Source of the DNA: Octopus sinensis
Taxonomy: Eukaryota
NCBI RefSeq assembly: GCF_006345805.1
Contig: NC_043001.1
Location: forward strand, 63,612,001 to 63,676,000
Length of the DNA stretch: 64,000 bases
Reading direction: 5' to 3'
In this document: in pieces, positions 11,722-24,569 of the stretch
Numbering within the stretch: position 1 is the first letter of the stretch
How the letters are laid out: the number at the start of each line of letters is the position of its first letter
Translations under genes and position numbers: made by a program
The notes under the pieces: model-generated
The model's database searches: none
The model's input: the letters and a program-made list of their open reading frames with translations, nothing else
What the model was told of the DNA's origin: nothing

Positions 11722-12015
11722 TTCTACTATGGGTACAGGGACTGAAATTGGGCGGTGAGCGGGTTAGTCGACTACATCGACCCCAAAAGTAGTAGTAGTA
11801 GTAGTAGTAGTTTCAAATTTTGGCAAAAGGCTAGCAATTCTGGTAGTAAGTCAATTACATAGACCCCAGTGCTTAACTGGTACTTATTTTATCGACCACG
11901 AAAGGATGACAGGCAAATGCGACCACAGTGGAATTTGAACTCAAAACGCAAAGACAGACGAAATGCTGCTAAGCATTTTGCCCGGTATGCTAACAATTCT
12001 GCCAGCGCGCCGCCT
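11722..12015 (-). mobile_element. Two tRNA-SINE pieces (3' fragment plus near-complete copy) separated by (AGT)n
   Basis: GTCGACTACATCGACCCC and GACCCCAGT..ACTGGTACTTATTTTATCGACC..GAAAGGATGA..GCCAGCGCGCCGCC match the dominant SINE. Confidence 0.75.
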
Positions 12016-12190
12016 AACATCCAAATACCAATCTCAAAAAAAAAAAAAAGGGGGACAGTTAGGATTTTAAGATTGGTACTTGGCTGTTGAATGTCTCCCA
12101 CGATAATTAACAACTAAGCTTATAATGTCCGGAAAGACCCCTGACAGCAGGATGCAAACAAGATCGAGCACTCTGAGAAGTAAGACTATA
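12016..12190 (+). mobile_element. Short 3'-terminal fragment of an R4/Dong-like LINE
   Basis: Encodes GTVRILRLVLGC* (compare GTAHILRRTL* in family A), then about 100 nt of UTR and (AAT)n. Confidence 0.5.
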
Positions 12191-12192
12191 TA

Positions 12193-12288
<96 letters not shown>

Positions 12289-12320
12289 TAATAATAATAA
12301 TAATATAATAATAATAATAA

Positions 12321-15097
12321 TTGCTACTGAGCAACAAAAAGAAAGCAAAAATACTCCGCAAATATAACATCACAGAAAAAGATTTACCTGAGATAAAAGA
12401 AAAGCTGAAGCATGATATCCTTGCTAAAGCACAAAGGGTCCGCCGGTACGAGAAACGCCAGTGCTTCTTTGAACAAAACAAAAAGTTCAACTCCAACCCA
12501 AAAAGTTCTACCAAGAACTTGGCAAAAATAAAAATAAAATAGAAATCACTGCAGTATCAACGGCAGAAGAAGTGGAAGAATTCTGGAGAGAAATATGGTC
12601 GGCGAACGAACAAACAAAAAAAAAGAAGTATCAAAACAACAAACTCAGCATCTGAGCAACTTTGGACCCCCATAACAACTGAAGAGGTCACCCAGGCACT
12701 GCAAAGACTAAGCAACTGGAAGGCACCTGGGCATAACAAGATCCCCAACTTCTGGTTGAAATATCTAACAGGAATGCACAAAAAGCTGGCTGAAAACTTT
12801 AACAGCATGCTAGCAGAGCCAGAGACAATGCCTGAATGGCTCACGAAGGGGAAAACCATCTTAATTCCCAAATCAAATGAGACAGCAAAACCAGAAAACT
12901 ACAGACCAATAACCTGTCTCCCTACAATATACAAGGCACTTACTGCAGTGATATCGCAAAGGCTGAACAAGCACCTGGACGAAAACAACCTGTTTCCAGA
13001 AGACCAGAAAGAATGCCGCAAAGGCTCATATGGCTGTAAAGATCAACTAATGATTAATAAAGCCATAACTGAAGACAGCCACAGAAAGAAGAAAGGCCTC
13101 AGTATGGCCTGGATGGATTACAAAAAGGTGTTTGATAGCATCCCCCACACATGGATCCTCGAAACACTAGCCATTAACAAAGTAGCACCAACACATATAA
13201 AATTCATAGGGCACTCTATGAATAAATGGCAAACCGTGCTACAGCGCCAAAAAAAAGAGGGACTCATGAAAACCAAAGTCATCCCCATCAGAAGAGGAAT
13301 ATTCCAGGGAGACACTCTCTCTCCACTCCTTTTCTGCTTGGCACTGTCACCTCTATCTGATATGCTAAATAGAACTGGATGCGGATATAAATGTTACGGC
13401 AAAACGATCTGCCACCTTTTATATATGGATGACCTAAAACTATACGCTGCAAATGACAAACAGCTGGAAACACTATTAAAGACAGTTCATGGATTTACCA
13501 AAGAAATAGAAATGAAATTTGGATTAGAAAAATGCGCCAAGGTAACCATGAAAAGAGGAAAACTAGTTAAGAGTAGTAACATCACACTAGATAAACCAAT
13601 GAAATAAAAGAATTAGACCAAAGCCAAACTTACAAATACGTAGGAATCCATGAACTAGATAAGACACAACACACACACATGAATGAGAAAATATAAAAAG
13701 AATATTATAGACGAGTTAGATCAATACTAAAAACAGAGCTCAATGCTAAAAACAAGATAATAGGTATTAACACTTTAGCTGTCCCAGTTATAAGTTACAG
13801 CTACAATATCCTTAACTGGACACGAAATGAACTGACCAAAATAGATAGGAAAACAAGAAAAATAATGACAGGATCTAGGATGCATCACCCAAAATCTGAC
13901 ATAGAAAGACTATATATACAACGTATAGAAGGTGGTAGAGGCCTTATACAGCTGGAAAACTACTATAAAATAACCACCATAGGACTGCAAAAATATCTAC
14001 TTCAGAAGGAAGGAAAACTGATACAAATAGCGGCAAAACACGAGCAAAACAAAAAACTGTTCTCAGTATTTAAGGAAGCTGACAAATACAAACAAGAAAT
14101 CATACCACCTAATAAATATGAAGAAGAAGAAGAAGAAGAAAATGAAGAAACAACAAAAGCTATAAAACAAATGAAATCCAAACTAAAAATAGAACAGCAA
14201 CGAACCATGATAAAACGATGGCAAGAAAAGCCCCTTCATGGTAAATACTGGACTAAACTAAACGCAAAAGAAATAGACAAAGAAAAATCCCAGCAATGGT
14301 TGAGAAGCTCAGGACTCAAAGCAGAGACAGAGGGATTTTTAATTGCAGCACAAGACTAAAGCCTCCCCACCAGAAATTACCAAAAACATGTAATGAAAAG
14401 AAATATAACAAGTAACTGCAGAATATGAGATGGACAAGAAACAATAAATCATATTATCTCTAGCTGCCCAGTCCTAGCTAAGAAGGAATATATTCACAGA
14501 CATGACAGAGTTGGAACCTACATACACTGGAAGCTATGCCAACATTATGGAATAACAACAGAAAAAAGATGGTATAGGCACACACCAGAAAAGGTCACAG
14601 AAAACGAGAAAGCAACCATACTCTGGGATATGCCGATACACACAGATAGAGAAATTAAGGCCAACAGACCAGATATAGTTGTCAGAGATCATGAAGAAAA
14701 AAAATACTTTCTAATTGATGTATCAATACCGGCAGATGACAACGTGTCTCTAACAGAAATGGAGAAACTTTCAAAATACAAAGACCTGGAAATAGAGGTA
14801 ACCAGAATGTGGAATCTAAAAGCAGAAACAATTCCTGTCATAGTAGGTGCCATAGGCATGATAAAAAAATATTCATGATAAAAAATATTCAGACAAATAC
14901 ATAACAAAAACACTAGGACTTACAAACACATATAACATACAGAATATTGCACTACTAGGCACTGCACACATCCTACGCAGAACACTTTCCATACAATAAC
15001 CATCAGAGCATCACAACAAATCACAGCACATACCTAAGGCACACAGAGCTGCGCTCGGTAGTGAAGTGAAAGCACGCTATAAAACTAAAACTACTGA
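12321..15097 (+). mobile_element. R4/Dong-like RLE LINE, family A, copy 1 (5'-truncated, frameshifted)
   Basis: RT motifs ENYRPITCL, GIFQGDTLSPLLF and HLLYMDDLKLY; zinc-knuckle region; RHD; endonuclease RPDIVV..LIDVSIP..EKLSKY. 3' UTR ends AAAACTACTGA. The 5' flank is (AAT)n. Confidence 0.93.
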
Positions 15098-15148
<51 letters not shown>

Positions 15149-15293
15149 GTGATGATGGTGATGATGGTGATGATGGTGGTGATGGTGGTGATGGTGGTGA
15201 TGGTGGTGATGGTGGTGATGGTGGTGATGATGGTGATGATGGTGATGATGGTGATGATGATGATGATGATGATGAAGATGATGGTGATGATGG

Positions 15294-15346
<53 letters not shown>

Positions 15347-15372
15347 TGATGATGATGATGATGATGATGATG

Positions 15373-15405
<33 letters not shown>

Positions 15406-15465
15406 TATTATTATTATTACTATTACTATTACTATTACTATTACTATTACTATTACTACTATTAC

Positions 15466-15529
<64 letters not shown>

Positions 15530-15535
15530 AATTAA
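15098..15535. repeat. Compound microsatellite (GAT/GGT)n then (TAT/TAC)n
   Basis: Direct reading; this explains the poly-M and poly-Y ORFs. Confidence 0.95.
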
Positions 15536-15539
15536 TAAT

Positions 15540-17855
15540 TCGCACAGGAATGCGAAGCCCCATTGTTGATCTCGCCAACCTTCACATATTTATGATCATC
15601 AGAGTTCAACAGAGTGGAAGACCAGATTTCACCCGATCGTATGCAACGTACTCGCAAACGCAAGTTGTCTGTTGATATGAACAAAAAGGAAATTAAGTGT
15701 CATGAACAAGCCTTGCTAGACAAGAACAATGGCAAATGTAAAGCTATCAGGAAAAGATCATTAGAACTTTGGAACCAGCTGGGTATGTTCCAGATTACTG
15801 AAAATGGGCTCCTGAATCAGATATGAATAATTTCGGAATTGAGGCTTTCTTAATAAGGCCCAGATTCAGACAATCAGGAAAAGACTCCGTATTGGTGATA
15901 ATCTCGCGGAGGATGGTGTAGGTGAAGATCAGCGAATGCATAGGCAAGGTGAAACCCTGCCAATCAATATAATGTGGAGAACCCTACATTACGTGAGGAA
16001 ATGGCTGAGTAACAGAGAAACCTCAGGATAAAACTCGAGGATATAATGGTCACAAGAAGAGAAATCAAGCCGGTGAATTTGAGAAGCTTCAACCATAATG
16101 TGAAACACGCGATCCAAAAGGTTGATGAGATTCTGAAATATATTCTAGCAAAAGATATAACAGAAACAAGGGACTTGATCAGATCCGCTTCAATTTTAGT
16201 AAGTGAACTAATAGAAAAGAAAGAGAGAAAAGTAGACGGACAGAAGGAACCATGGTGGAAGCGGAGAATTGAAGGCGATATTAAAACCTTGCATAAAGAT
16301 CTGAGTCGCAAAGAAGAATAGTCCAAGGGGCAAGGGAAAAATGCTAAAAAAAAAAAGGTGCAAGGGCATATCTTGACGCAGAATACCAAATAGAAAAGAA
16401 AGGGTTCAAAACCGTTTTCGAAGCAACGTGTACAGGAAAAACATTAAAGGTTCAACGCAACACTGATTGCATATCGCAGTTTCAGCAAAACAGGTTATTC
16501 TCAAATAACCAGAGGCAGTTTTTTAAGAGCTTAGGAGGAGCTACAGAAGATAACATACCTCCTGAAGCAGAGGAAACCCGCGAATTTTGGAATAACATCT
16601 GGGGGCAAGAAGTTTAATACAACCGATGCTGAGTGGATTCATTCCGCGAGATCCGAACTCCATCGCCCGGAGTCTCAACGACAGGACCATGTACGCATAA
16701 CAACGGAAGATGTAGCTGCACAAGTATCAAAACTGCCAAACTGGCAATTACCTACCTATTGCTTAACTTAACGTCTTATGGAAAGTGTTAACAGGCATCC
16801 TCGCAGGAAAAATAAATATGTTCCTTGCGGAAAACAATCTACTTCCACTAGAACAAAAGGGATGCCGAAAAGGATCCAAGGGCATCAAGGACCACCTTGT
16901 GATATACAAGGTTGTAATGAAGAACTGCAGACGGTACCAAAAAAACCTTGTGCATGACCTGGATAGACTTTAAAAAGGTTTACGACATGCGTCGTAACGC
17001 TCGGCAGGTGTGGAATAGCTGAGAACATGCGTGCACTGATTAAGACCAGCATGCCTAGCTGGAAAACATGTCTTTTCTGTAGCAACCAGTACTTAACCGA
17101 GATAAAAATCAAAAGAGGTATCCTTTTTATTCGTTATAGCCTTGATCTCATTTTCTTTATTCCTACGCAAAGTCAACGTGCACTATGAGCTAAGAAAGAA
17201 TGGACCTCGTCTCAACCACCTTCTGTTCGTGGATGATTTAAAGCAGAACCTGAAATTGAGAGGCTGGCAGAACTGCAGCAATGATATAGGGACAGAATCC
17301 GGTATCTCGAAGTGTGCGATGCTCGCTTTAAAACGAGGGTAAAAGATCGGATTGTAGGGACATAGAATTGTCAAACAGAGAGCGAATGGAAGGTCCGGAT
17401 GATGATGCGTACAACTACCTTGGGATCATGGAGCTGGACAATATTTGCATAGAGAAATATAAGACAAAATCATCACTACATATTTGAAGCGTCTCAGACT
17501 TCTCTTGAAATCAAAACCTCATCTCAAGGAACAAATGGGCTGCTGCTGTAGTCCGCTATAGTACACCCATCTTGAAAAAATCATGAGCGGAAATTAACCA
17601 ACTCGATCACTCTACCCGACATTGCATGGTACCCTCAACCCTAAGGCGAACGTACACAGGCTCTACATGAAAAGATGTAAAGGTTGACGTGGGCTGATTA
17701 GCGTACGGGAGTGCATCAACAGTGAAAGAAGAAACACGGTAAAATATTTGGTAAATAGCAAACAAGACATGCTACAGTATGCTGCTAATGCAGAAGGATT
17801 TAAACAAAAATGGACTTGAGAGTGCTAATCAATTCCGATCACGAAAAGCCAACTA
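15540..17855 (+). mobile_element. R4/Dong-like RLE LINE, family B, heavily decayed
   Basis: Fragments KEPWWKRRIE, LPLEQKGCRKGSKGIKDHL and LNHLLFVDDLK, with many stops and deletions. Confidence 0.8.
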
Positions 17856-17859
17856 CAAA

Positions 17860-18510
17860 GAAAAGAAGAAACAATAAACCATATAGTCTCTAGCTGCCCA
17901 GTCCTGCCTAAGAAGAAATATATTCGTAGACACGACAGAGTTGGGATCTATGTACACTGGAAGTTATGCCAACACTATGGAATGACAACAGAAAAAGATG
18001 GTGTAGGCACATAACAGAAAAGGTCACAGAAACTGAAACAGCAACCATAATCTTGGATATGACAATACACACAGATAGAGAAATGAAGGCCAATAGGCCA
18101 GATGTAGTTGTCAGAAATCATCAAGAAAAATGCGCTCTAATCGATGTATCAATACAAACAGATGACAACGTTTCTCTAAAAGAAACAGAGAATCTTTCAA
18201 AATACAAAGACCTGGAAATAATGGTAACTCGAATGTGGAGTCTAAAAACAGAAACAATTCCTATCATAGTAGGCGCGTTAGGTATGATAAAGAAAATATT
18301 CAGACAAATACATAACAAAAACACCAGGACTAACAAGTATATATAATATACAGAAAATAGCACTACTAGGTACCGCAAACATTGTACGTAAAACACTTTC
18401 AATACAGTAAAAATAAGAGCATCACAACAAATCACAGCACATAACCCAAAGCACACAGAGCTGCGCTCGGTAGTGCAGTGAAAGCACGTGATAAAAGTAA
18501 GACTACTGAA
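17860..18510 (+). mobile_element. R4/Dong-like family A 3' fragment (copy 2)
   Basis: RHD, RPDVVV..LIDVSI and PIIVGALG. 3' UTR closely similar to 15000-15097, followed by an (AAT)n tail. Confidence 0.9.
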
Positions 18511-18548
18511 TAATAATAATAATGATAATAATAATGATAATAATAATA

Positions 18549-19070
18549 GGCTTCTGATCTTAACTGATTGGAAGTGTTATCATGTACATTGTTTTGTCTT
18601 GGTATAAAAGATGGGCTACAGCAAATATTCTGCTCAATACCACAGATTTGCTTGTCAGTTGTTTGACCGTAACCAGTTGAGCATGTCCCTTAGTGGCTAA
18701 CGATATGTGCATCTCTGATCACGAGCAGAAGTAGTGGGGGAGCATCATAGCCATGTGTTGAGAGGGATTCTTTGGGGTTTGAATAATTCACCTCTGGAAA
18801 CATGGGTGGTTCTTTCAACATCCTTAAACAACCCTTATTCAGGGACCTTTTGAGCGGGATGGGCTACTCAACCTGAAGAAAATTCTAACTGGGCCCCACC
18901 TGCAAGGTCATGCGTTGTTTATCTTGATATGAGATCACCATGCCGCGCACATATGGTTGTGATGCATGTGCCTGGTGTACCCTTATCAAACGGGTAGTCA
19001 TGATGGGTATATTGGGCTTCGTATATTTTACCCCAGTGTCACTTTGATGGCATGAACTGCTCTCTCACTC

Positions 19071-19071
<1 letters not shown>
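18549..19071 (+). mobile_element. Unclassified non-coding retroposon-like repeat X, copy 1
   Basis: About 520 bp, near-identical to 62250-62777. Ends CTCACTC(AAT)n and is embedded in (AAT)n. Confidence 0.8.
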
Positions 19072-19104
<33 letters not shown>

Positions 19105-19106
<2 letters not shown>

Positions 19107-19252
19107 CCTTTCTACTATAGGCACAAGGCCTGAAATTTATGGGGAGGGTTAAGTTGATTACATCGACCTCAGTACTCAACTGGTACTTAATTTATCGGCC
19201 ACGAAAGTATGAAAGGCAAAGTCGACTTCGGCGGAATTTTAACTCAGAACGT
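19105..19252 (-). mobile_element. tRNA-SINE 3' portion with the type-II tail
   Basis: Body as in the dominant SINE; the sense tail is AAATTTCAGGCCTTGTGCCTATAGTAGAAAGGG(TTA)n. Confidence 0.8.
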
Positions 19253-19254
19253 TA

Positions 19255-21291
19255 TGTTGCTTCATAACGTCCAGAAAAATGGATACTTTTTAACAAATAC
19301 CGCTTAGATGTTGTGGATTCAGAGTATATAGGGATTTATAGGAACGAATTTTTCCGAGGGGTTGGAGAGAGGAGTTTCAGGAAATTCACACGATCCGACT
19401 TTTTTCCTTCATAACTTTCAGGAAAATGGATGTCTTTCATGAAATTTTATACAAATACCTTTCAAACAGCATAGATTACTATTATAAAGTAATTTGTGGG
19501 TAAAATTTTTCCGAGGAGGAGAGGAGGAGAGGATCAGGAAGACTAAGCAACTTGGAACTCATTTTTTCTCATTTTTTATTTCACTACAGCCTTCGAAATG
19601 ATGAAAAAAAAGTTACGAAAATTTTTGAAATTCCTCACCATCCCACTCCGGACTGATTTTGGCCAATTTTTTAAACTTAAAAACTATGGGAGGAACGTTT
19701 TCGATAAAAAAAAAAAAAAATTCTAAGTATTTTCAGAAGAATATGTGTACGATTCAAGTGAGATTTGGCTGTTGCTTCTAGCACATCCCAAACTACCCTC
19801 CGTTTTCACTCTCACATGCATTGATGCTTTCTCGATATTTTTCTCCATTAAAACAATTTTATGGAATGATGATGCCGAAGTAACACACGCGTGGTCCGTT
19901 GATGGAATATAAGCAACAACAACAAAAAATTATAATTTTAATTTTTACCCCTATCTCAATCAAGCGAAGCCGTGTGTGGGTGTAAGAAAAAACATTTTCT
20001 CACAGAAAAGTATGTTATAAAAATGAATTATCGTTTACATATCACTATGGATAAATGCCAGCAGTGACCTTCTAAGGCTCTCCAATATTTTAATTTATAA
20101 ACAGAAGCAATCGGGAGCAGGGTGTGGGGTTGCAAAAAAAATCATAATTTTTCAATTTTTTCTATAGTATATAAATGTATTTATGGTGAGAAAAACATCA
20201 ATACATTCTTATTTTTTTATTGCCCACAAGGGGCTAAACATAGAGGGGACAAACAAGGACAGACAAAGGGATTAAGTCGATTACATCGACCCCAGTGCGT
20301 AAGTGGTACTTATTTAATCGACCCCGAAAGGATGAAAGGCAAAGTCGACCTCGGCGGAATTTGAACTCAGAACGTAGCGGCAGACGAAATACCTATTTCT
20401 TTACTGCCCACAAGGGGCTACACACAGAGGGGACAAACAAGGACAGAAAAAGGGATTAAGTCGATTATATCGACTCCAGTGCATAACTGGTACTTATTTA
20501 ATCGACCCCGAAAGGATGAAAGGCAAAGTCGACCTCGGCGGAATTTGAACTCAGAACGTAACGGCAGACGAAATACCGCTAAGCATTTCACCTGGCGCGC
20601 TAACGTTTCTGCCAGATCGCCGCCTTCTCAACATCAATACATTCGAGAGTGAAAAAGAAACGAGGAGGATTGTCTCGGGATGTGCTAGAAACAACTGCCA
20701 AATCTCCCTTTTTCCTCTAAAAATATTAATAATCTTTTTACCGAAAAGGTTCCTCCCATTGTTTTGAAGTGCAAAAAAATTGGCCAAAATTGGTCCAGAG
20801 TGGGATGATGAAAAGGGGGAGGTTATACAAAAACATTTTTGAAACTTTTTTTCATGAAAGATTTTCCTTGCCCACATCCCTTCCAAGGCTGTGGTTTAAA
20901 AAAAGTGGGGAAATCCCCAATTTGTTTGGTCTTCCTGATCCGAAACTCCGTTTATCGAAACTCCTCTCCCCACCCCTTCGGAAAAAAATTTCCCCCACAA
21001 ATTCCTTTATAATCGTAATCTATGCAGTTTGAAAGGTATTTATATAAAAATTTCATCCGACTTTTCTCCCTCATAACTTTCAGAAAAATGGATCTTTTAA
21101 GATCCATTTTCCTGAAAGTTATGAGGGTGAAAAGTCGGATCCTGTGAATTTTCCAAAACTCTCCTCCCTACCCCCTCGAAAAACATTCTTACCCATAAAT
21201 CTCTATATACTCTGAATCCACATCATCTAAGCGGTATTTGTTGAAAATTTTGTTAAATTGCATCCATTTTTCTAGAAGTTATGAAGCAACA
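19255..21291. mobile_element. Foldback-like element with long diverged inverted arms
   Basis: TGTTGCTTCATAAC..GAAAAATGGAT (19255) pairs with ATCCATTTTTC..GTTATGAAGCAACA (21291). Further complementary blocks include 19760-19790 versus 20677-20706, continuing inward to about 19950/20120. Confidence 0.7.
20209..20629 (-). mobile_element. Dimeric tRNA-SINE with a 15-bp TSD
   Basis: TSD AACATCAATACATTC at 20194-20208 and 20630-20644. A full monomer is followed by a monomer lacking about the first 50 nt. Confidence 0.9.
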
Positions 21292-21725
21292 AAGTCGGGG
21301 GTGGGCGTTTAATATCTGTAGTTATGCCAGTTTTGTTAGTGTGCTTGCTTGCGTGCGTGCTTGTCTGTAATTTAATACAGTCAAACCGGCGCATAATGGG
21401 AAAATACTCTGAAAGTAAGGTACGCCTAAATGTGAATATAAACAGAATAAAACAAGTTTCGCTTAAAGCGGACCACGGATTCCCGAAATAGGCAGTTTTT
21501 TTTTTGGTACCTTCATAAATAGCCAAACCGGTACATAATGGGAAATTACTCCGAAAGTATCATAACCCTGAAATGGGAAAATTGTTTCCATTAATTTTAT
21601 GCTTACGTTATATAACAATACCTTTTGCATTATTGTAGATGTGTGCAATGTTGAAATCAGCTTCAATATTTTATAACCTGAACCGTCATTGACCGAACGG
21701 GTCACGAGTAGTCTAGTATATATAT

Positions 21726-21799
<74 letters not shown>

Positions 21800-21800
<1 letters not shown>

Positions 21801-22660
21801 TAATGTAGATGGCTTATTAACAATTAAAACCTAAAGGCAAATGAATAAACGTCACTTTATTGACGTTTTATTTTTTATACATATATTATTGCGGCGTAAC
21901 GTACATCTTTGTTCTCTTATGTATGTAAGCATTCCACTATTGTACGACTTCTCTATACTTCACTAGTCTCTGTCTTTCTCTTTTCTTGCCTCTGATTCTT
22001 TGGTCTCCTCTTCCCCCACTCTCTCACATTTCTCTGTCTTTCTCACTTTGCACCTCACTGATTCTGTCGCCAAGCCAATCCTTGGCACGCTCTCTTTCTT
22101 CCCTCCTCTTTAATTCCTTCTTTCTCTCTCTTCTCAACCCCTTTGGTGACTTTGTCCCTCTTTTTCTCTCTCTCTTTGATTCCTTTGCCCCCTTTTTTCT
22201 CTCTCTTCTCCTCTCACGTGACCGCCGGTCAACTAGCTTCTGACCACCGCCACGACAACATCGTTCTCTTCGTCTGCCGCAAAGGCATTTTTTTCCACAT
22301 ACGCCAGCTAATTTTTTTCCAAATACACCAGTTAAGCTAAGTTGAACACTCTCAAGTCGTAAGACACCCGCTGCTTTTGTCCTGTTATTACTATTATTGT
22401 TTTTTGTATTTATATTCGTGTGGCATCGTCCGTTTTTCTGTCCTTGTTTCGTATACATTCGATCCTTTTTCCAAGAAATCTAATGCTCGTAGCTTAGTTT
22501 TTCCTTGGGGCTGGCCGGATCGGAGCGATCTCAAGATTAATCAGCCGAAATTGCGAGGATGATCCGGTTCTTGACTAAAGATTAGAGGCTTCGAATGACC
22601 CGTCCGTTTTTTGTGTCGTCTCTTTGAGTGTTTTGCGTTCTTGTCCCATTTTGTATTTTT
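21800..22660. repeat. Unclassified probable interspersed repeat between two (TA)n arrays
   Basis: Bounded by (TA)n at 21717-21798 and 22660-22806, with CT-rich tracts and a repeated CGTCCGTTTTT. No coding motif or second copy is visible. Confidence 0.3.
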
Positions 22661-22669
22661 ATATATATT

Positions 22670-22709
<40 letters not shown>

Positions 22710-22712
22710 CAT

Positions 22713-22808
<96 letters not shown>

Positions 22809-24569
22809 GTGGCCTACAGGTGCGCGTTAAAAGTAGCTCTATCAACCTTAACCATTCCCGTCACAGCTACCCGCCTTTTGAGACATTCAATGGATGAGAG
22901 TACATCTTTCTCCACTTCATCTTTTATAAGTGAATTTAGACAAGTTGGTGCAGGTTAGACCGAAGATGACGATGTGTGTCTTAATCTTTTCAGTCTCGTA
23001 CACAATCAGTTTGTCATAACCACTGGATAGGGAAAAACTATAGCCACCCAGGCTTAAATAAAGCTGGACGGGTGGTAGAGTAATCTTACGATAGCCTGAT
23101 CCGTCCAATATGCGACGTCAGTTGGACATAATTCTACGAGACAGCAATGTTCAGATGGTTCTCGGGCAGATTCCTGCATCTTGGACATTCCCGTCCAACA
23201 GCATTTTTGAGCATGTAGAGTTTATCTTGAGCTACTGTAGAGTAGTGCCCCTCGGTAGCACAGCAAACTTAGGGGTTTCTGGAAGTTCTCCAGAATAGAC
23301 ATATTATCTTTATGACAAAAACGACTGCCCTCTCCCGGTTTTGTTGTTCGCTCTACAGGTGTACGCTGAGTGGCAGACCAGTTCAGTCAGGCCTTACTTG
23401 CCACTTTTACTTAGATGTTGGAAAATTTACTGGTGAGCAGTACCTTCTTCTCTATCCTTATCGTTGTCTCTACCTGGTACATGAAGAAATCGATGAACGT
23501 TTGACCGAAGAGAAAAATGTCTGTTATAATTTCTTTTAATATTGTCCACTATACAAATCCATTCTCTATAGTCACTAGGTAGAAGAAAACTGTTTGTCAA
23601 TCATAGCCAGAGGAAGACAGAGGAACGATCCCTGCGATATGATCGGCTTATAACTAAATCTGTCCTAGATGTTATGGTAGCTGTTTGACACAACTGTACA
23701 AATCACCAACTAAACTGTTTTGTCGCTCGTTAAGGCCTGGCTGACGAACTTCTGTGTCTGTAGAATTTATCTCAAATCAGCTATACCTCAGCCCAGTAGC
23801 ACTATAAGGCCTGGGATTTCTGGAAATACACTGTTTAACCTCGTCGACGTCTAGGTTTTCCCCTAGAATGTGTAATAACAATGCTTTCTCACATCGACAC
23901 AGCACAAATGTTAGTGGATAGAGATAATATAGGTTTTTGCAATCATTTTCATACGTTTGTCATTCAATTTGATAATCGGCTGATTCAAAGTCGCGAAAAA
24001 AATTAGCGCCATCAAGTTGGTCATTCAAATTTGTTTTTCGATCATTCAATTTCGCACTTCGGTGAAAGAATTTAGCATTTACACCATTCAAATTAAAATA
24101 CCCGTCCAGTGCATTCAAATTAGTAGAAATGCGTTTCAGAGCAATCTGTTTAACACTTCGTACAATCAAATTAGCACGATAGCTGTTTTCATTTTATCTC
24201 ATGATCATTATCATAATCATGTGTTTTCATCCATTGTTTATGCTTTAAGCACTCTATTATGTCGATCTCTTTTCTATGTATTCTTTTATTTTTGCATAGG
24301 TACATGTATTTATTGTGAAAGACTTCATGGAATTGCATTCCAGCCTTTTCATTCTTTTTGAAGAAACACACAATTACAACAACTGCTCCTTTTCTTTGAT
24401 TTTGGATACTTGATGGTGTGATTTTTGTTTTCTTTGTATGTCTTGTTGGGAAAAGTGTATATTTCTTTGATTTTGCATTTTTCTTTCATCAAGGAAAGAA
24501 TGCAATGTACACGAAGATATTGATTTACAGTCTTTATTGATAAGGCGAGTTCGTTTGAGAGGATTTAGC

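Noticed and set aside
21380-21716. Helitron 3' end (short hairpin plus CTAG) with two 35-bp direct repeats upstream
   Set aside because: The hairpin is only 5 bp and no 5' terminus could be identified.
22500-22570. Penelope-type hammerhead ribozyme
   Set aside because: CGAAA is present, but the CUGANGA core reads CTCAAGA and the stems were not convincing.
22820-23925. Possible Ty3/gypsy pol remnant on the minus strand (GHY..CPRC)
   Set aside because: Only a hint of an integrase zinc motif; no RT, DDE or LTR could be confirmed.
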